Source of the DNA: Dimorphilus gyrociliatus
Taxonomy: Eukaryota > Animalia > Annelida
Assembly: GCA_904063045.1 (NCBI GenBank)
Contig: CAJFCJ010000024.1
Span: 186,001 to 250,000 of the forward strand
DNA: 64,000 nucleotides
Direction: 5' to 3'
Below the pieces are notes generated by a model. The model was not told the origin of the DNA and searched no databases. It worked only from the letters and a program-made list of their open reading frames with translations. The translations under genes were made by a program, and so were the position numbers. Below are positions 12,264 to 23,036 of the stretch, piece by piece. The stretch's first letter is position 1, and each line of letters opens with the position of its first letter.

Positions 12264-12277
12264 ACGCCATCTATAGG
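12264..12277 (-). promoter_or_regulatory. CTCF-like motif CCTATAGATGGCGT
   Basis: CC..AGATGGCG core. Confidence 0.55.
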
Positions 12278-12795
12278 ATTTAAAATATGCATTTGAAATA
12301 AAGGCATCTTAAATAGGGCTTTATGATGTATAATAGAACATTATTAAATATAGAAGGATTATTAAATTTTTAGACACTACATATTTATATCACCATTATT
12401 TATATAGATATATATATTTTAGGTCTAGAATATAAAGGGTTAAAAATGTCTATATCATGACTAAATGACTGTTGTAAATTAACTTCAGAGATAAAATGAA
12501 GGTAACTAATCCATGCTTTGTAGAGTACATTGCTATGAATTTTCGCAAAATGAGCCTTCAAGCAATGTAAAACCAGCTTTTAATCTTCCTTTGGTTTAAA
12601 ACTTTAAAAAGCTATCATGTAGAATGCAAAATGAAACGATAATAAGATATATAATCATGTAACATTTTATTTTATACTAACAATGCAAAATTTAATCAAT
12701 ACATATGGAAATAGATATTGAAATATCATCATAAAAAAACCCCTTAAACTATCTTTGTAGGAAAATTATTGTAAATCTATCAAAAATATTACCAA

Positions 12796-13815
12796 CTACG
12801 ACTGATTTGTTGCTCTACTGTCATTTGAATGACTTAACTCTTCAACATGAACTATTAGTTCTTTCTTAATAAAAAATACTTTAAATATAGCATAACGATG
12901 TAATTCTCTTTTAAATTTATCATATCGAAATGTATAGATAAATGGATTAACGCAACAATTAACAAATACCATAAACACTGTAAATTGGTAATAATCTCCA
13001 TCTAACTGATGAATTAAATTGAATTGAAAGCCAAGGAAGTATGTTTGATTCCAAAACCAACAAATAATAAAGGCAAATGCGACTAAGGCGAATGTTTTTA
13101 TGCTGTTCTTTCTGACTCTTGAATTAAACATTTGGCTATTTTGACTCGGATTAATTGTAACATTCCTCTTTGCCAGTATTACTGCTAGAGATATATACGT
13201 AAATGCTATAATAGCTAACGGAAAGATAAACTGTATAAATATTATAAAAATTCCAACTACACGTCTCGTCAAATCATTCGGCCAGTTGATAAATTGTCCA
13301 CAAGTTCCATCCTCAAGAACTTTACTTGTTGTTGCCTGATGAGAGAACTGATACGGAATGAATATCAGCCATATTATTATAGCTATTATTATAGTCTTCT
13401 TTTGTGAAAAGTTCTTGTGAGCAACAACAAATCTTACGGATAAATAGCGTTCAATTGATAAAACTACCAAATTATATGTTGAGGCAACAAGAATACCCCA
13501 TACTGGGACTCCTCCAAACCATGCACTACAATACCATTTAATAGCAGTCGGACTAAGACTCTTCTGATCAACTAATCTCTCTGTCCAATGATCGGTCATA
13601 AGTAAAATCGAAGCTAAACCATCTAAAAGACTCTGATTTACCAGAAAAATTGTTGATAAAGACTTTTTCAAATTATTATTCGCTCTACAAACAATAATCA
13701 ATACAAAGGTATTTCCAATAGTTCCTAAAATTGAAATTGTTGTTATTATAATATCTTGTATTAGTTCCAACTTTGAATTAGAGTTAATGCTGCTGTTCAT
13801 CCTACTCGGTGGCAT
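12796..13815 (-). CDS. Orphan class A GPCR, cluster copy 5, intronless
   Basis: 7TM with GN, NQSLLD, ERY, CWFWNQ, NPFIY. The track start at 13875 is non-ATG; ATGs lie at 13815 (MPPSRM) and 13800 (MNSSIN). Confidence 0.93.
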   Translation of the reverse strand: MPPSRMNSSINSNSKLELIQDIIITTISILGTIGNTFVLIIVCRANNNLKKSLSTIFLVNQSLLDGLASILLMTDHWTERLVDQKSLSPTAIKWYCSAWFGGVPVWGILVASTYNLVVLSIERYLSVRFVVAHKNFSQKKTIIIAIIIWLIFIPYQFSHQATTSKVLEDGTCGQFINWPNDLTRRVVGIFIIFIQFIFPLAIIAFTYISLAVILAKRNVTINPSQNSQMFNSRVRKNSIKTFALVAFAFIICWFWNQTYFLGFQFNLIHQLDGDYYQFTVFMVFVNCCVNPFIYTFRYDKFKRELHRYAIFKVFFIKKELIVHVEELSHSNDSRATNQS

Positions 13816-13839
13816 GTACGGATCTGTAATACTCTTTAT

Positions 13840-13853
13840 CGCACAGAGGGCGT
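13840..13853 (+). promoter_or_regulatory. CTCF-like motif CGCACAGAGGGCGT about 25 bp upstream of the GPCR5 ATG
   Basis: CAGAGGGCG core. Confidence 0.5.
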
Positions 13854-14504
13854 CTAAAACATTTTTGTGCCACAAAAAAAAGAGTATCTAAAAAAAAGAC
13901 CTTCAATGGTAAAGTGAAAAAAATCGCAAAATTTCTATTATTTACTTTAGGGCTATAGCAGATAGTATAGACAAATAAATCTAATAAAGATAAGCTTGAA
14001 CATTTATATACAGTATATATCTCTCTATATATATAGATATAAATAAATAAATATCTACTTATATATACATATATAAATATTCCAACATAAGTATTTTTAT
14101 GTATGATTTAAAAAAGAGTACTACTTATACACAAGGACAAAAAGAGAATTCTCTCAGCTTTTTATCCATTTATTACAAGACAAAACAATCTTTTTTGAAG
14201 AGTATCATCAGTCGGCAGCTTATAAGTAGTTTTTATTCCGTATAAAATCATTATGATATACAATTTATTTGTTATTTATGCTATTTATTATGTCATTTAG
14301 ATGCTCTATTATTTTAGGCTTATTAACAAAAGTTTTTTTTTAACATTTATAATAATTTATGTTAATTATTCAAGTGCCTTAATTAATTTACACAAAATAA
14401 ATGTAAATCAGAAGTAAATCAATGATTTTTAATTATTGAATACAATATAAACAATTAAAAATGAAAAGCTTTAGATAGCTTTATTAAAGATGTACTTATA
14501 TACA

Positions 14505-14510
<6 letters not shown>

Positions 14511-14558
<48 letters not shown>
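14511..14558. repeat. (AT)n microsatellite
   Basis: About 24 units, direct reading. Confidence 0.95.
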
Positions 14559-14561
<3 letters not shown>

Positions 14562-14779
14562 GTTCAATCACGTTATCAAATAAAACATATTGTCAACATC
14601 ATTGTTTAATCCATTATTTTTATAAAAATAACAATAGCACGATTACTAATGATTGATTTGACTATTGTCTAAGCCTTATTTAAATCATATCAATAAAAAG
14701 AGTATTCAATATTATATTGAATTAATTAATTATTGTAAAAAGTCAACATTAACTAGACCAGAATTGGATTAATATATTT

Positions 14780-15290
14780 TCTATTTATTATTTAAATAAT
14801 AATTCAAATTCGGTCTTATCATAGTAATTGACTTTTTTTTAGTACGTTTTTTGCGATATGTAGCAATGGTATCTGAAGATTTCGTCCCAAATCACCCAAA
14901 ATAATTACGATTAAAGAAAAAAATTATATCGACTATTATTTCTTAGATATTTCGACTGAATGATTAATCTCGGTTGAGAGATGGTTTCGGATGAAATCTC
15001 CCATGACCACTTAATGATATTTATATTAATAAAATAATAAAACTTGAACTTACAAAAAACTTCTTCAAAACAATTGTACATTTTTGTTTTGTTTGAATAC
15101 AGTGATTTGTTTGAATACAAGGTTTTTTTTAGTATTTTTTTAAAGCCTCTGGTAACCAGATCGACTAAAATAAGATTAAAAAGGAAAAGATTATAAGAAT
15201 TAAGTAATTTACATTTAAAAACATTTAGTAAAACTATTGAAATTATACTATCTATGCAAATATCCTGTACGCATACTGACTTATACATAT
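14780..15290 (-). pseudogene. Decayed class A GPCR relic (TM1-TM3 recognisable), different subfamily from the five intact copies
   Basis: ORF 14911-15288 contains DSIISIVLL...LLNSYNLFLFNLILVDL (TM1-ICL1-TM2 pattern N-x-FL-x-NL-x-x-x-DL), FCKF (TM3 Cys) and a degenerate ISSE..I..P. It then loses hydrophobicity and hits a stop. An internal 11-bp duplication (gtttgaataca) is present. Confidence 0.42.
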
Positions 15291-15508
15291 ACTGTAAATT
15301 ATCTTCTTAATACTTAAAAATATACATATGCATATCATAATTATATGAATATTAATTAGGTAATAAATAGAAATATAGACAGAAAAAAAAGAGATAAATA
15401 ATGTTGATTTAGAAAAAATGTTATTTATTTTACTAAAAATGATTTTACTTTATGTGGATATTTTTTGATTTAATATTCACTTTTCTCTGAAAATAGAAAT
15501 AGAGTACT

Positions 15509-15736
15509 TTACTTTCCACAGGGCTTCATGTTCACCATGTTGTCAGCAAAAGTTAGAGGTAACTGAACAATACCAAGAACAGCCTCCGCTGCTCCTTTCA
15601 TAGCTTCAATGCAAGCTCCGAAAGGTAACAAACATACGTACAACCAGGCTAGTAAAAATCCAATTGGCCAGCCCACAAAAATTAAACCAAAAAACCAAAT
15701 TACAGCCCATAGAAGTCCTGGACAAAGATCCGCCAT
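15509..15736 (-). CDS. 75-aa hydrophobic membrane microprotein, uncharacterised
   Basis: ATG in good context; GC content clearly above flanks; Trp/Pro/Gly-rich hydrophobic segments (LWAVIWFFGLIFVGWPIGFLLAWLYVCLLPFGAC); single exon. Confidence 0.75.
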   Translation of the reverse strand: MADLCPGLLWAVIWFFGLIFVGWPIGFLLAWLYVCLLPFGACIEAMKGAAEAVLGIVQLPLTFADNMVNMKPCGK

Positions 15737-16579
15737 ATTTCCGGCTGTTTATTTAACTTGTACTCAAAGATATATTCAACAAAATGATGAAAAAAGTTGC
15801 ATGAGCAGTTTTACCTCTAGAGAATGTATTCCAACTAATAAACAAAAAATAACTGTGTGTCCAAGTAGAAGCGGGGATGCGATTTAAGAGCGTATTAAAA
15901 ATAAGAAATGCCTCAGTTCCTAGGCGACAAGGTACAATAAATATTTATCTCAGATAAAGTAAGATAATTGCATACTTTCTAGATAAAAGAGCGAACTGCT
16001 TTAACAGGTTAGATCGACATATATATGTATAGTTTTAAAAAGGGAAGCGACCTTTCAAGAAAATTCTGCGGAATTAGTAGATCGTTCTCATTGTCTTACA
16101 AAGGGAAGAGTAATTGTACATGCATTAAAAAAATACTCTGTATCATTCTTTATCTTGTTTAAACTGTAATACGCCTATAGCCTAATATCAAACAGAGTGA
16201 TGTAATATCACCAGGTGCTCTCTTTTATGTGTAACAAAAACCTCGCCTACAAAAGGGAGCCTTCTAATCCGTAGAAAGCATTACTCTGAATTTTATAATT
16301 AATAAAATCTAGCTGCTACATAGAATGTATATAAACTTGTAGAATACTATACATGTATAAATTAACCATCTAGAGAGCATGTATCACATGTCATTTAGTT
16401 TAACGTGATAAAGATATGAATTGCTAATTTACAGTTAAATCAACAATCAATCGAGATAATAAGTTTAAAGAGTATTTTTTTAAAAGATTAACAAATTAAA
16501 AATTATAAAAATTTATAAAAGTTTTAATAAATGTATTTTTCTGTCACAGGTAATTTTTATAAAGGTAAAGTGAGAATTT

Positions 16580-18647
16580 TCAAAGTCTTCGCAAAAAGTA
16601 TACAGCTGCTGCTAATCCTCCAACATTGACACCAATAGTTTGACATCTCTTCCACAAATGGGATAGTTTACTTAGAGTCTGTAGATATTCATAATTATAA
16701 TGTTTTTACTATTTTACTTACATGTATAGCTATAAATTGTATACAACAGGGTTTAGGTTTACAGTATATTATATAGCTAAATTAATATTATTATTTTCTA
16801 TTACCTTATTCTATCGTATATGGCTTAGATAATGTATTTATACTTACATGTAGCATACATTTCTTATCCTGAGTTAGAAGACAAGCCCTGCCTGATTCTT
16901 GTTTACACACCCTTGCCATTTCAGTTAAGGCTTTTGGATATAGTTCCCAGTTGTTTCTCTTCGAGCCGCTTCTCTTTCCAAAAGGCTTTTATTTTAAAAA
17001 AATAACACGAATAATTTTTAGTTCATTAGACCTTAATATAACTTACCATGTCCGTGACAAATACATCTACAAAGTTATCTTTTAAAGGTAGAGCAGTTAC
17101 ATCCCATTTATGAATGCTCATTTTATGAATAACACCAGCATTTTCCAAGTTTGTAAGTGACTTTGATAGTAGTTTTTCATCAATATCTCCGCAAAGGTGA
17201 ATGTTTTCTTGCCAATTCAAACAGGCCTTAATAAAAATTTAGTAAGAAAATTGATAAAAACCCTTACTTATTTATGTGTAAATCTACCTCGATAGGAATC
17301 GATCCACCACCGCACATAGGATCACAGACAACCTCTCCAGGTTGTATATGGCACAATCTAAGGAAAATAGTAAAAATAATAGAACTTTGCTTTTTAATAC
17401 GATAATAGTAGTATTATAAACCATTCTACCTGCACATATTATAGCCTATAGTTGATCTAAGAGAAGTAGACGTAAATGCTATTAAATGACGTTTGTGCAA
17501 TGAGCTTTTAGTAACTCCTACACCAACGTAGACATGATCATCCTGGATTAAGAAAAAGTAGCTCATTAAAGTTTTTTGGTACATTTCTTATACAATAACC
17601 ATATATAAGCTTTTATTTTAGTTATATGATGCTTTACATATTTCTGCGGTAACACCCTAGTACAAATAAAATAAGAACAAAGGTCTATAGTCACAAGTAC
17701 AGTACTTGAAAAGATTTTTTACTTTATAACATGTAATTTAATAAACAATGATTTTATAAATCATCTTCCTAACTTTTAAGATAAATGATTTAGTAATGTG
17801 ATAGGTTGGATACAATTAGATGACTGATGCATATAGAGAAATATATGAAACTTGTTATTTTCTTTCGTAAACATTGTAAGAGTTACAAATAACTGAATAA
17901 TAGTCGAATAAGAAATCATCTATTTAAGAAAGAGATTATTACCTGAACGAATAGAACGCAGTCAATGTCAAAATTTTTTAAATCGACATTCCAATTGAAG
18001 TAGTCGTGAATCCCACCTCCGAAAAATTTTTGTAGGTCAGTTGACTGGAAATTATGTTTCATTTTATATGCAGCTCTAAAGCAAGTACCCCTAAATTTTG
18101 GTTTAGTTTTATCAAATGATTTGTTATCTTCATCTGAACATCTATAATCGAGAGGTGGCTTTATTTTGATCCTCTCTTCCCAGCCAGGTGCAGGATTATG
18201 GTCGATAGGATGTGGAAACGAATGAAACAGAGACCATAATTCTATTGCCCTTTTCCAATCTATATTTGGTATTAGCTCTTTAAATTGTTGACAATTATCA
18301 ATCTGTTAGAAAAATGTTTATAATAATTATCACGTGTATCTCTTGAGAAAACAGCAATTACCGTCGTATTGGCAAATTTAAAGTCTCTAAAGTGATTAAT
18401 GATAATAAAGACATTATCAATAGATTGCAAATCCAAAACCTAGAGATAAAAGCGAATATTAGCATGAGAATTGAACCGGCTATATATTATCGCTCACAAC
18501 CTCCTTAGCTTTGCTAACAGGTATGGTAAATTGAATGCAGCCTCTTTCTACAATGCTATCGACGTCAAATTTTTCTTTAACCTCTTCTGCAGCAACTTTT
18601 TCAAATCCTGTTACAACCGTTGCTTCAAATTCACATAGATTTTCCAT
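16580..18647 (-). CDS. THUMPD3: THUMP domain-containing tRNA (guanine-N2) methyltransferase, multi-exon
   Basis: Hand-spliced exons give EATVVTGFEKVAAEEVKEKF, LQSIDNVF, a DPMCGGGSI SAM-binding motif, WDVTALPLKDNFVDVFVTDM-PFGKR and a last exon VNVGGLAAAVYFLRRL*, matching recalled THUMPD3 motifs. Confidence 0.9.
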
Positions 18648-19243
18648 ATTGAAGAAAGTGTGATATTTTTATTTAGCTGCTAACGCCATCTCTACGTTGA
18701 AATGGGATACTCAACCCAGTTCTATTCTGAATATGATAACTTTCACAATATTATGTCGGAATTAAAGTTGATGTAACTAATTTCCAATTATAACTTTAAT
18801 ACATTTTCAAAGTATTCTGACAATATTTCGTAACAAATAAGTGATTGCCTGCAGCTATCCTACAAATCCCTTTTTAAATTCTATACTATTTAAAAATTTC
18901 CGTTTAATTAACACCGCTCACAAAAATATTAAATAGATTTTGGATTAAAATCTTTCTATCTTAAAATCTCTTTTTCCCTAGTTTGAATAGATTCTGAACG
19001 TAAAGAGGATTACTACAACTTTTTACGAGAATAAAACAGCGACATCTACAGCTCAAGTCCTACATGCTTTATTTATAAGAATTAAAATCAATCATTATCT
19101 ATTATGCAGTATGAACATGCCTTTATTTATTAAGTTTTTATATGACATAATCATCTATCAAATAAAATAAGATTAACAATTTGAATGTACAATAAATTTC
19201 ATTGTTACGAAAATAGACAATTATCTGTAGTCTTTTTCAATTG

Positions 19244-20029
19244 TTACATTACAGAACAGACTGCAGATTTCTTCTTATCCCTGTGTGAAGAAACCGAAGT
19301 AACTGCAATATTGTATAAAATATTTTCAGCTGATTGGCTTTCATTTTCAAATACAAGAAATCCGCATTTGTTCATTATTGCCATGTGTTTACCTTCCTCT
19401 GTAGATACAAAACTATATTCTTCCTGCCTGTATTAATTTTTTACAAATATCTTTATATTATTTATTAAATAATACTTAGCAGTTTATTCTATTTACCTTA
19501 TATTGCATATTATAATAATTGGTATTGAATTATTTACAGTACTCTCTATCAATGGCACCCATCTTTCTGAAACATCCCAAAAACTAAATCTATCGTTTGG
19601 TGAATAAACTATAATAACTGCATGACTTTTTAATAATTCTTCTTGTCTTATTGCGTCTAGACTTTTATTAGAAGCTATTTCCGTTAGAACAATTTCACAC
19701 AGTACAGGTAGTTTTTTCCTTTCTTTTGCAGATTGTTTATTTAAAGGTACGGTAACAGTTTGTGAAAACACAAAATCCGTAGAATTAGTATAAAATTCGT
19801 CTAATCCATCTTGAAAAAATGATACTAGAGAAGTTATAAGATGGGTTTTTCCTGTATTTTTATTGCCTAAAACACATATTTTCCTAGTAATCGTCGAAGC
19901 TGTTGAGTATTTATGAACTGTTGTAAGCTTTTCTTTCTTCTTCTTTTTGTCTGTATTCTGTTCAATGTGAATAGTGGGATGTCCTACTCCAGGTAAGCGA
20001 TTGAAACAAGCTGAATTTCTAAAATCCAT
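19244..20029 (-). CDS. Atypical Rho/Ras-like small GTPase copy 1 (CaaX CSVM), 2 exons
   Basis: P-loop GNKNTGKT and Rho-like HAVIIVYSPNDRFSFWDVSERWVP. A phase-2 intron at 19428-19496 joins an exon ending KKKSAVCSVM*. Confidence 0.85.
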
Positions 20030-20261
20030 ATTAAGTTATAAAGTCTACCGCAATATCATAATCGCCAGCTAGCTTCTAACTTTCAAATAGACCGCTAGTC
20101 TAAACGAGAAACCTTTTAACCCACTTAATTTTTAGATTTATGTATTGATCCAATTTTTCTGCTCCCTGTATAAAACTTCTTTATCTATTTGTATGAAAGA
20201 ATAATATCTAGGGTGGATTAATAAATACATATACTGTATACTTTAGAAATAATAAATTCAT

Positions 20262-20276
20262 AGCGCCATCTGTAAG
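20262..20276 (-). promoter_or_regulatory. CTCF-like motif CTTACAGATGGCGCT upstream of GTPase copy 1
   Basis: AGATGGCGCT core. Confidence 0.5.
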
Positions 20277-20514
20277 ATTTTTTATCGATAGACAATTCAA
20301 AAGTATTGAATATTTACAATAGTACGTATTTTTGTATTAATACAAACACTTTATATTGTATCTACACCAAAAATTGAATATATATAATTTAATGGAATAA
20401 ACATGGATTATCGTAAAATAACTTTATTGTTAAAATACAAAAGTCATGGCTGTGACCCTTCGCAATGTCTTTCATACTATATGTTGCATTACTAAACAAT
20501 TAAATGTTTTCCGC

Positions 20515-21311
20515 CTACAATAAACAACAAACTTCATTTTTCTTCTTATAAACGTTTAACGATAAAATTAGATTCGTTATAGTCTTCATAAGATCTTCGA
20601 TTATTTGATTGTCATTTGTGAACGAGGCAAACTTTACACCATTAAGAAATGCTCTTTCTTGACCAACTTCTAAAGAAAAACATCGAATGTCGTCTTGTCT
20701 ATTAAAAAAGAAAAAAGTTATTATATTTGATTTTGCAGTCTACAATAGAAACATTAATTTAAATCTTACCTGTAATTATCAATAATTAATGCAGGTGTTG
20801 TTAATTTATGAATAAATTTCAACCATCTGTTTGTTAAATCATCGAAACTTGTTTGATCGTTTGATGAATAAACAAATATTATTAAATGACAATTGTTTAT
20901 TTCTTTTCTTCTTAATTCATCACATTCCTTCAATGAACTGATTTCAATAAATTCCAATTCAAGAAATTTACTGGCTTCTTTAGTTTGAAATTTTTCAGAA
21001 ACGCTTAAAAGTGGAATGTTAATTGTATATTTTGTCAGAAATCTTGAATAAACTCCATTTGATGAATAGCTACTCTCAATCCACGAAACTTTCCCCAATG
21101 ACTTAATTATATGTGTTTTACCAACATTCTTATTACCAAGAACACATACTTTTCGTTCGATATTAAGTTTTTTTCGACCATCATTATCTACTGGATTGTT
21201 AAAATTACCTGTAAAATAAGGTCCTTCGGGAACTTTATAGTCCATTGAGTCTAAATCTGGCCAAATCGAACCAAGATTTCCTATGCCAACTTTCCTCCAT
21301 CGTTGTTCCAT
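20515..21311 (-). CDS. Atypical Rho/Ras-like small GTPase copy 2 (CaaX CCLL), 2 exons
   Basis: P-loop GNKNVGKT and HLIIFVYSSNDQTSFDDLTNRW. A phase-2 intron at 20699-20769 joins an exon ending KKKNEVCCLL*. Confidence 0.85.
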
Positions 21312-21596
21312 ACTGAAGAAATTGTAGCTATCAACTGAAAGATACTAATCGCACTTTGATTACTAGTCTAGTGATCTACGCAATAATATGATTATTGTTG
21401 TGATTACTCCTTCTTATTTTATTTATTATTTATTATTCATAGACTAACATTTTATATCTGATTTAATCTCTTTTATTCCAACCTTAAAGAGTATAAATAA
21501 ATATAAATAGGATCAAAATTTCTTTTTCTTTATACGCTATTATGATATTTAATTATTAATAAATATTGAATAAATTTCCGGTCAGAATATATTTAA

Positions 21597-21599
<3 letters not shown>

Positions 21600-21634
<35 letters not shown>
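21600..21634. repeat. (AT)n microsatellite
   Basis: Direct reading. Confidence 0.95.
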
Positions 21635-21637
<3 letters not shown>

Positions 21638-22345
21638 TGATCGAAAAGTAGCAGGTAGCAATATCAAAGCATAGGCCAGGAAGGTGAGCAGACTGATTCC
21701 AAGCAACTTTATATTAGAATAATAGAATATTGCTTTGTAAAGAGACAGAATAACAATGGTTATGATTAAAAGGTATAAAAATATTGAACCGTGTAAGCGA
21801 GAATAAATAATCTTTACTGAAAAGGAATTTGAAAAGGAAGTAAAATTTTTTTAAATTAGAAAATAAGCTTTCCATAGAAAATAAAATCTCTTACAAATTG
21901 TCATATTAATAGTTCATTTATTAATTTTAAGTCTACATAGAAATGTCGTTCAACTACGACTTCTATAAAAAAAAATACTAAAATGTATACGTACATAATA
22001 TAAATAAGGTATCATTTTACATGTACAGATATACGCCTAATAAATTTTGTTAGAGCTAATTTTAACTTCTTTATTGATAAATAATTTAATTAAGGTATTA
22101 AATATAGTTTACTTTATTCCTATTTCAAATTGAAAAATTCAAGTGACTAATGTTAATTGCACAAGATTTAACATGGTTATGTAATTATTATATACTTTTT
22201 GTTAATTCTTGAATTTTCCAATGCTTAAACTAAAAATAGAAATAAAATTCAAACTTTAAACTTCAACATAAACAATCAGGTTACTTCGCACATACAGGAA
22301 TAATTTAATAATTTATTACACATATATATAGTTAGATCTTTCAAT

Positions 22346-23036
22346 TTACATTAAGCAGCATGAAGATGACTTCTCACGTTTTTTGGAGCATAGAGCAAAT
22401 ATTCCGATTTCTCTTAAACAATTCTGGATCGTTTCTTCGTCGTTGAAGAACTCCAAATGTAATGCATTATACTTCTTTGCTAAAGATTTTCCTTGTTGTT
22501 CTGACACATGGGGCTTTAGCCTATTTCTGATTTAAAAATCATATTGATTTAGTTATAAAGTTTATTAGCTATGATATTATGTACCTCGTGTTGCGGATAA
22601 ATATCTTTGGTATTTTTTCTGATAGGTATGCTGGAATCCAGTAGTTTTCAATACTTTCTAAACTTTCTCTATTTTGACTTGAATAGACAATAATAATTAG
22701 GTGACAGTTTGATATTTTGTCTTTCAAAATAGCTTCGTATGGATATGGTTTTATGTCCCAAAACTTTGCTGCTAAATATTTCCAATGAATGTTACCGTGC
22801 TCACTGTAAGTTAAAGTCATTTGAGTTTCCGCTGCATTTATATCAGAGTCACCCTTTTTTCCAGTGAATTTTTCGAAGATAAAAGACTTTCCAACCGTCA
22901 CATCTCCCAATAAACAAATGTCTTTTTTTGGAAAATTTTTAGCCTTTCCAGATTTACTAAGGGTACCTGTTGAAGCTCTTCTATAAAAGTCATCTTGGAA
23001 GCTTTTCGAAAACGAGTTTTCTTGAAATCCAATCAT
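22346..23036 (-). pseudogene. Atypical Rho/Ras-like small GTPase copy 3 (CaaX CCLM) with an apparent 1-bp frameshift in exon 2 (or an assembly error)
   Basis: P-loop GDVTVGKS and HLIIIVYSSQNRESLESIENYW; same phase-2 intron (22526-22584). The exon-2 frame ending KREKSSSCCLM* is reached only if one base is added in the TTT run at 22514-22516. Confidence 0.7.

Noticed and set aside
18669-18689. In-frame uORF MALAAK* upstream of THUMPD3
   Set aside because: Its ATG is part of the AGATGGCG CTCF/YY1-like motif and may lie upstream of the TSS; no evidence of translation.
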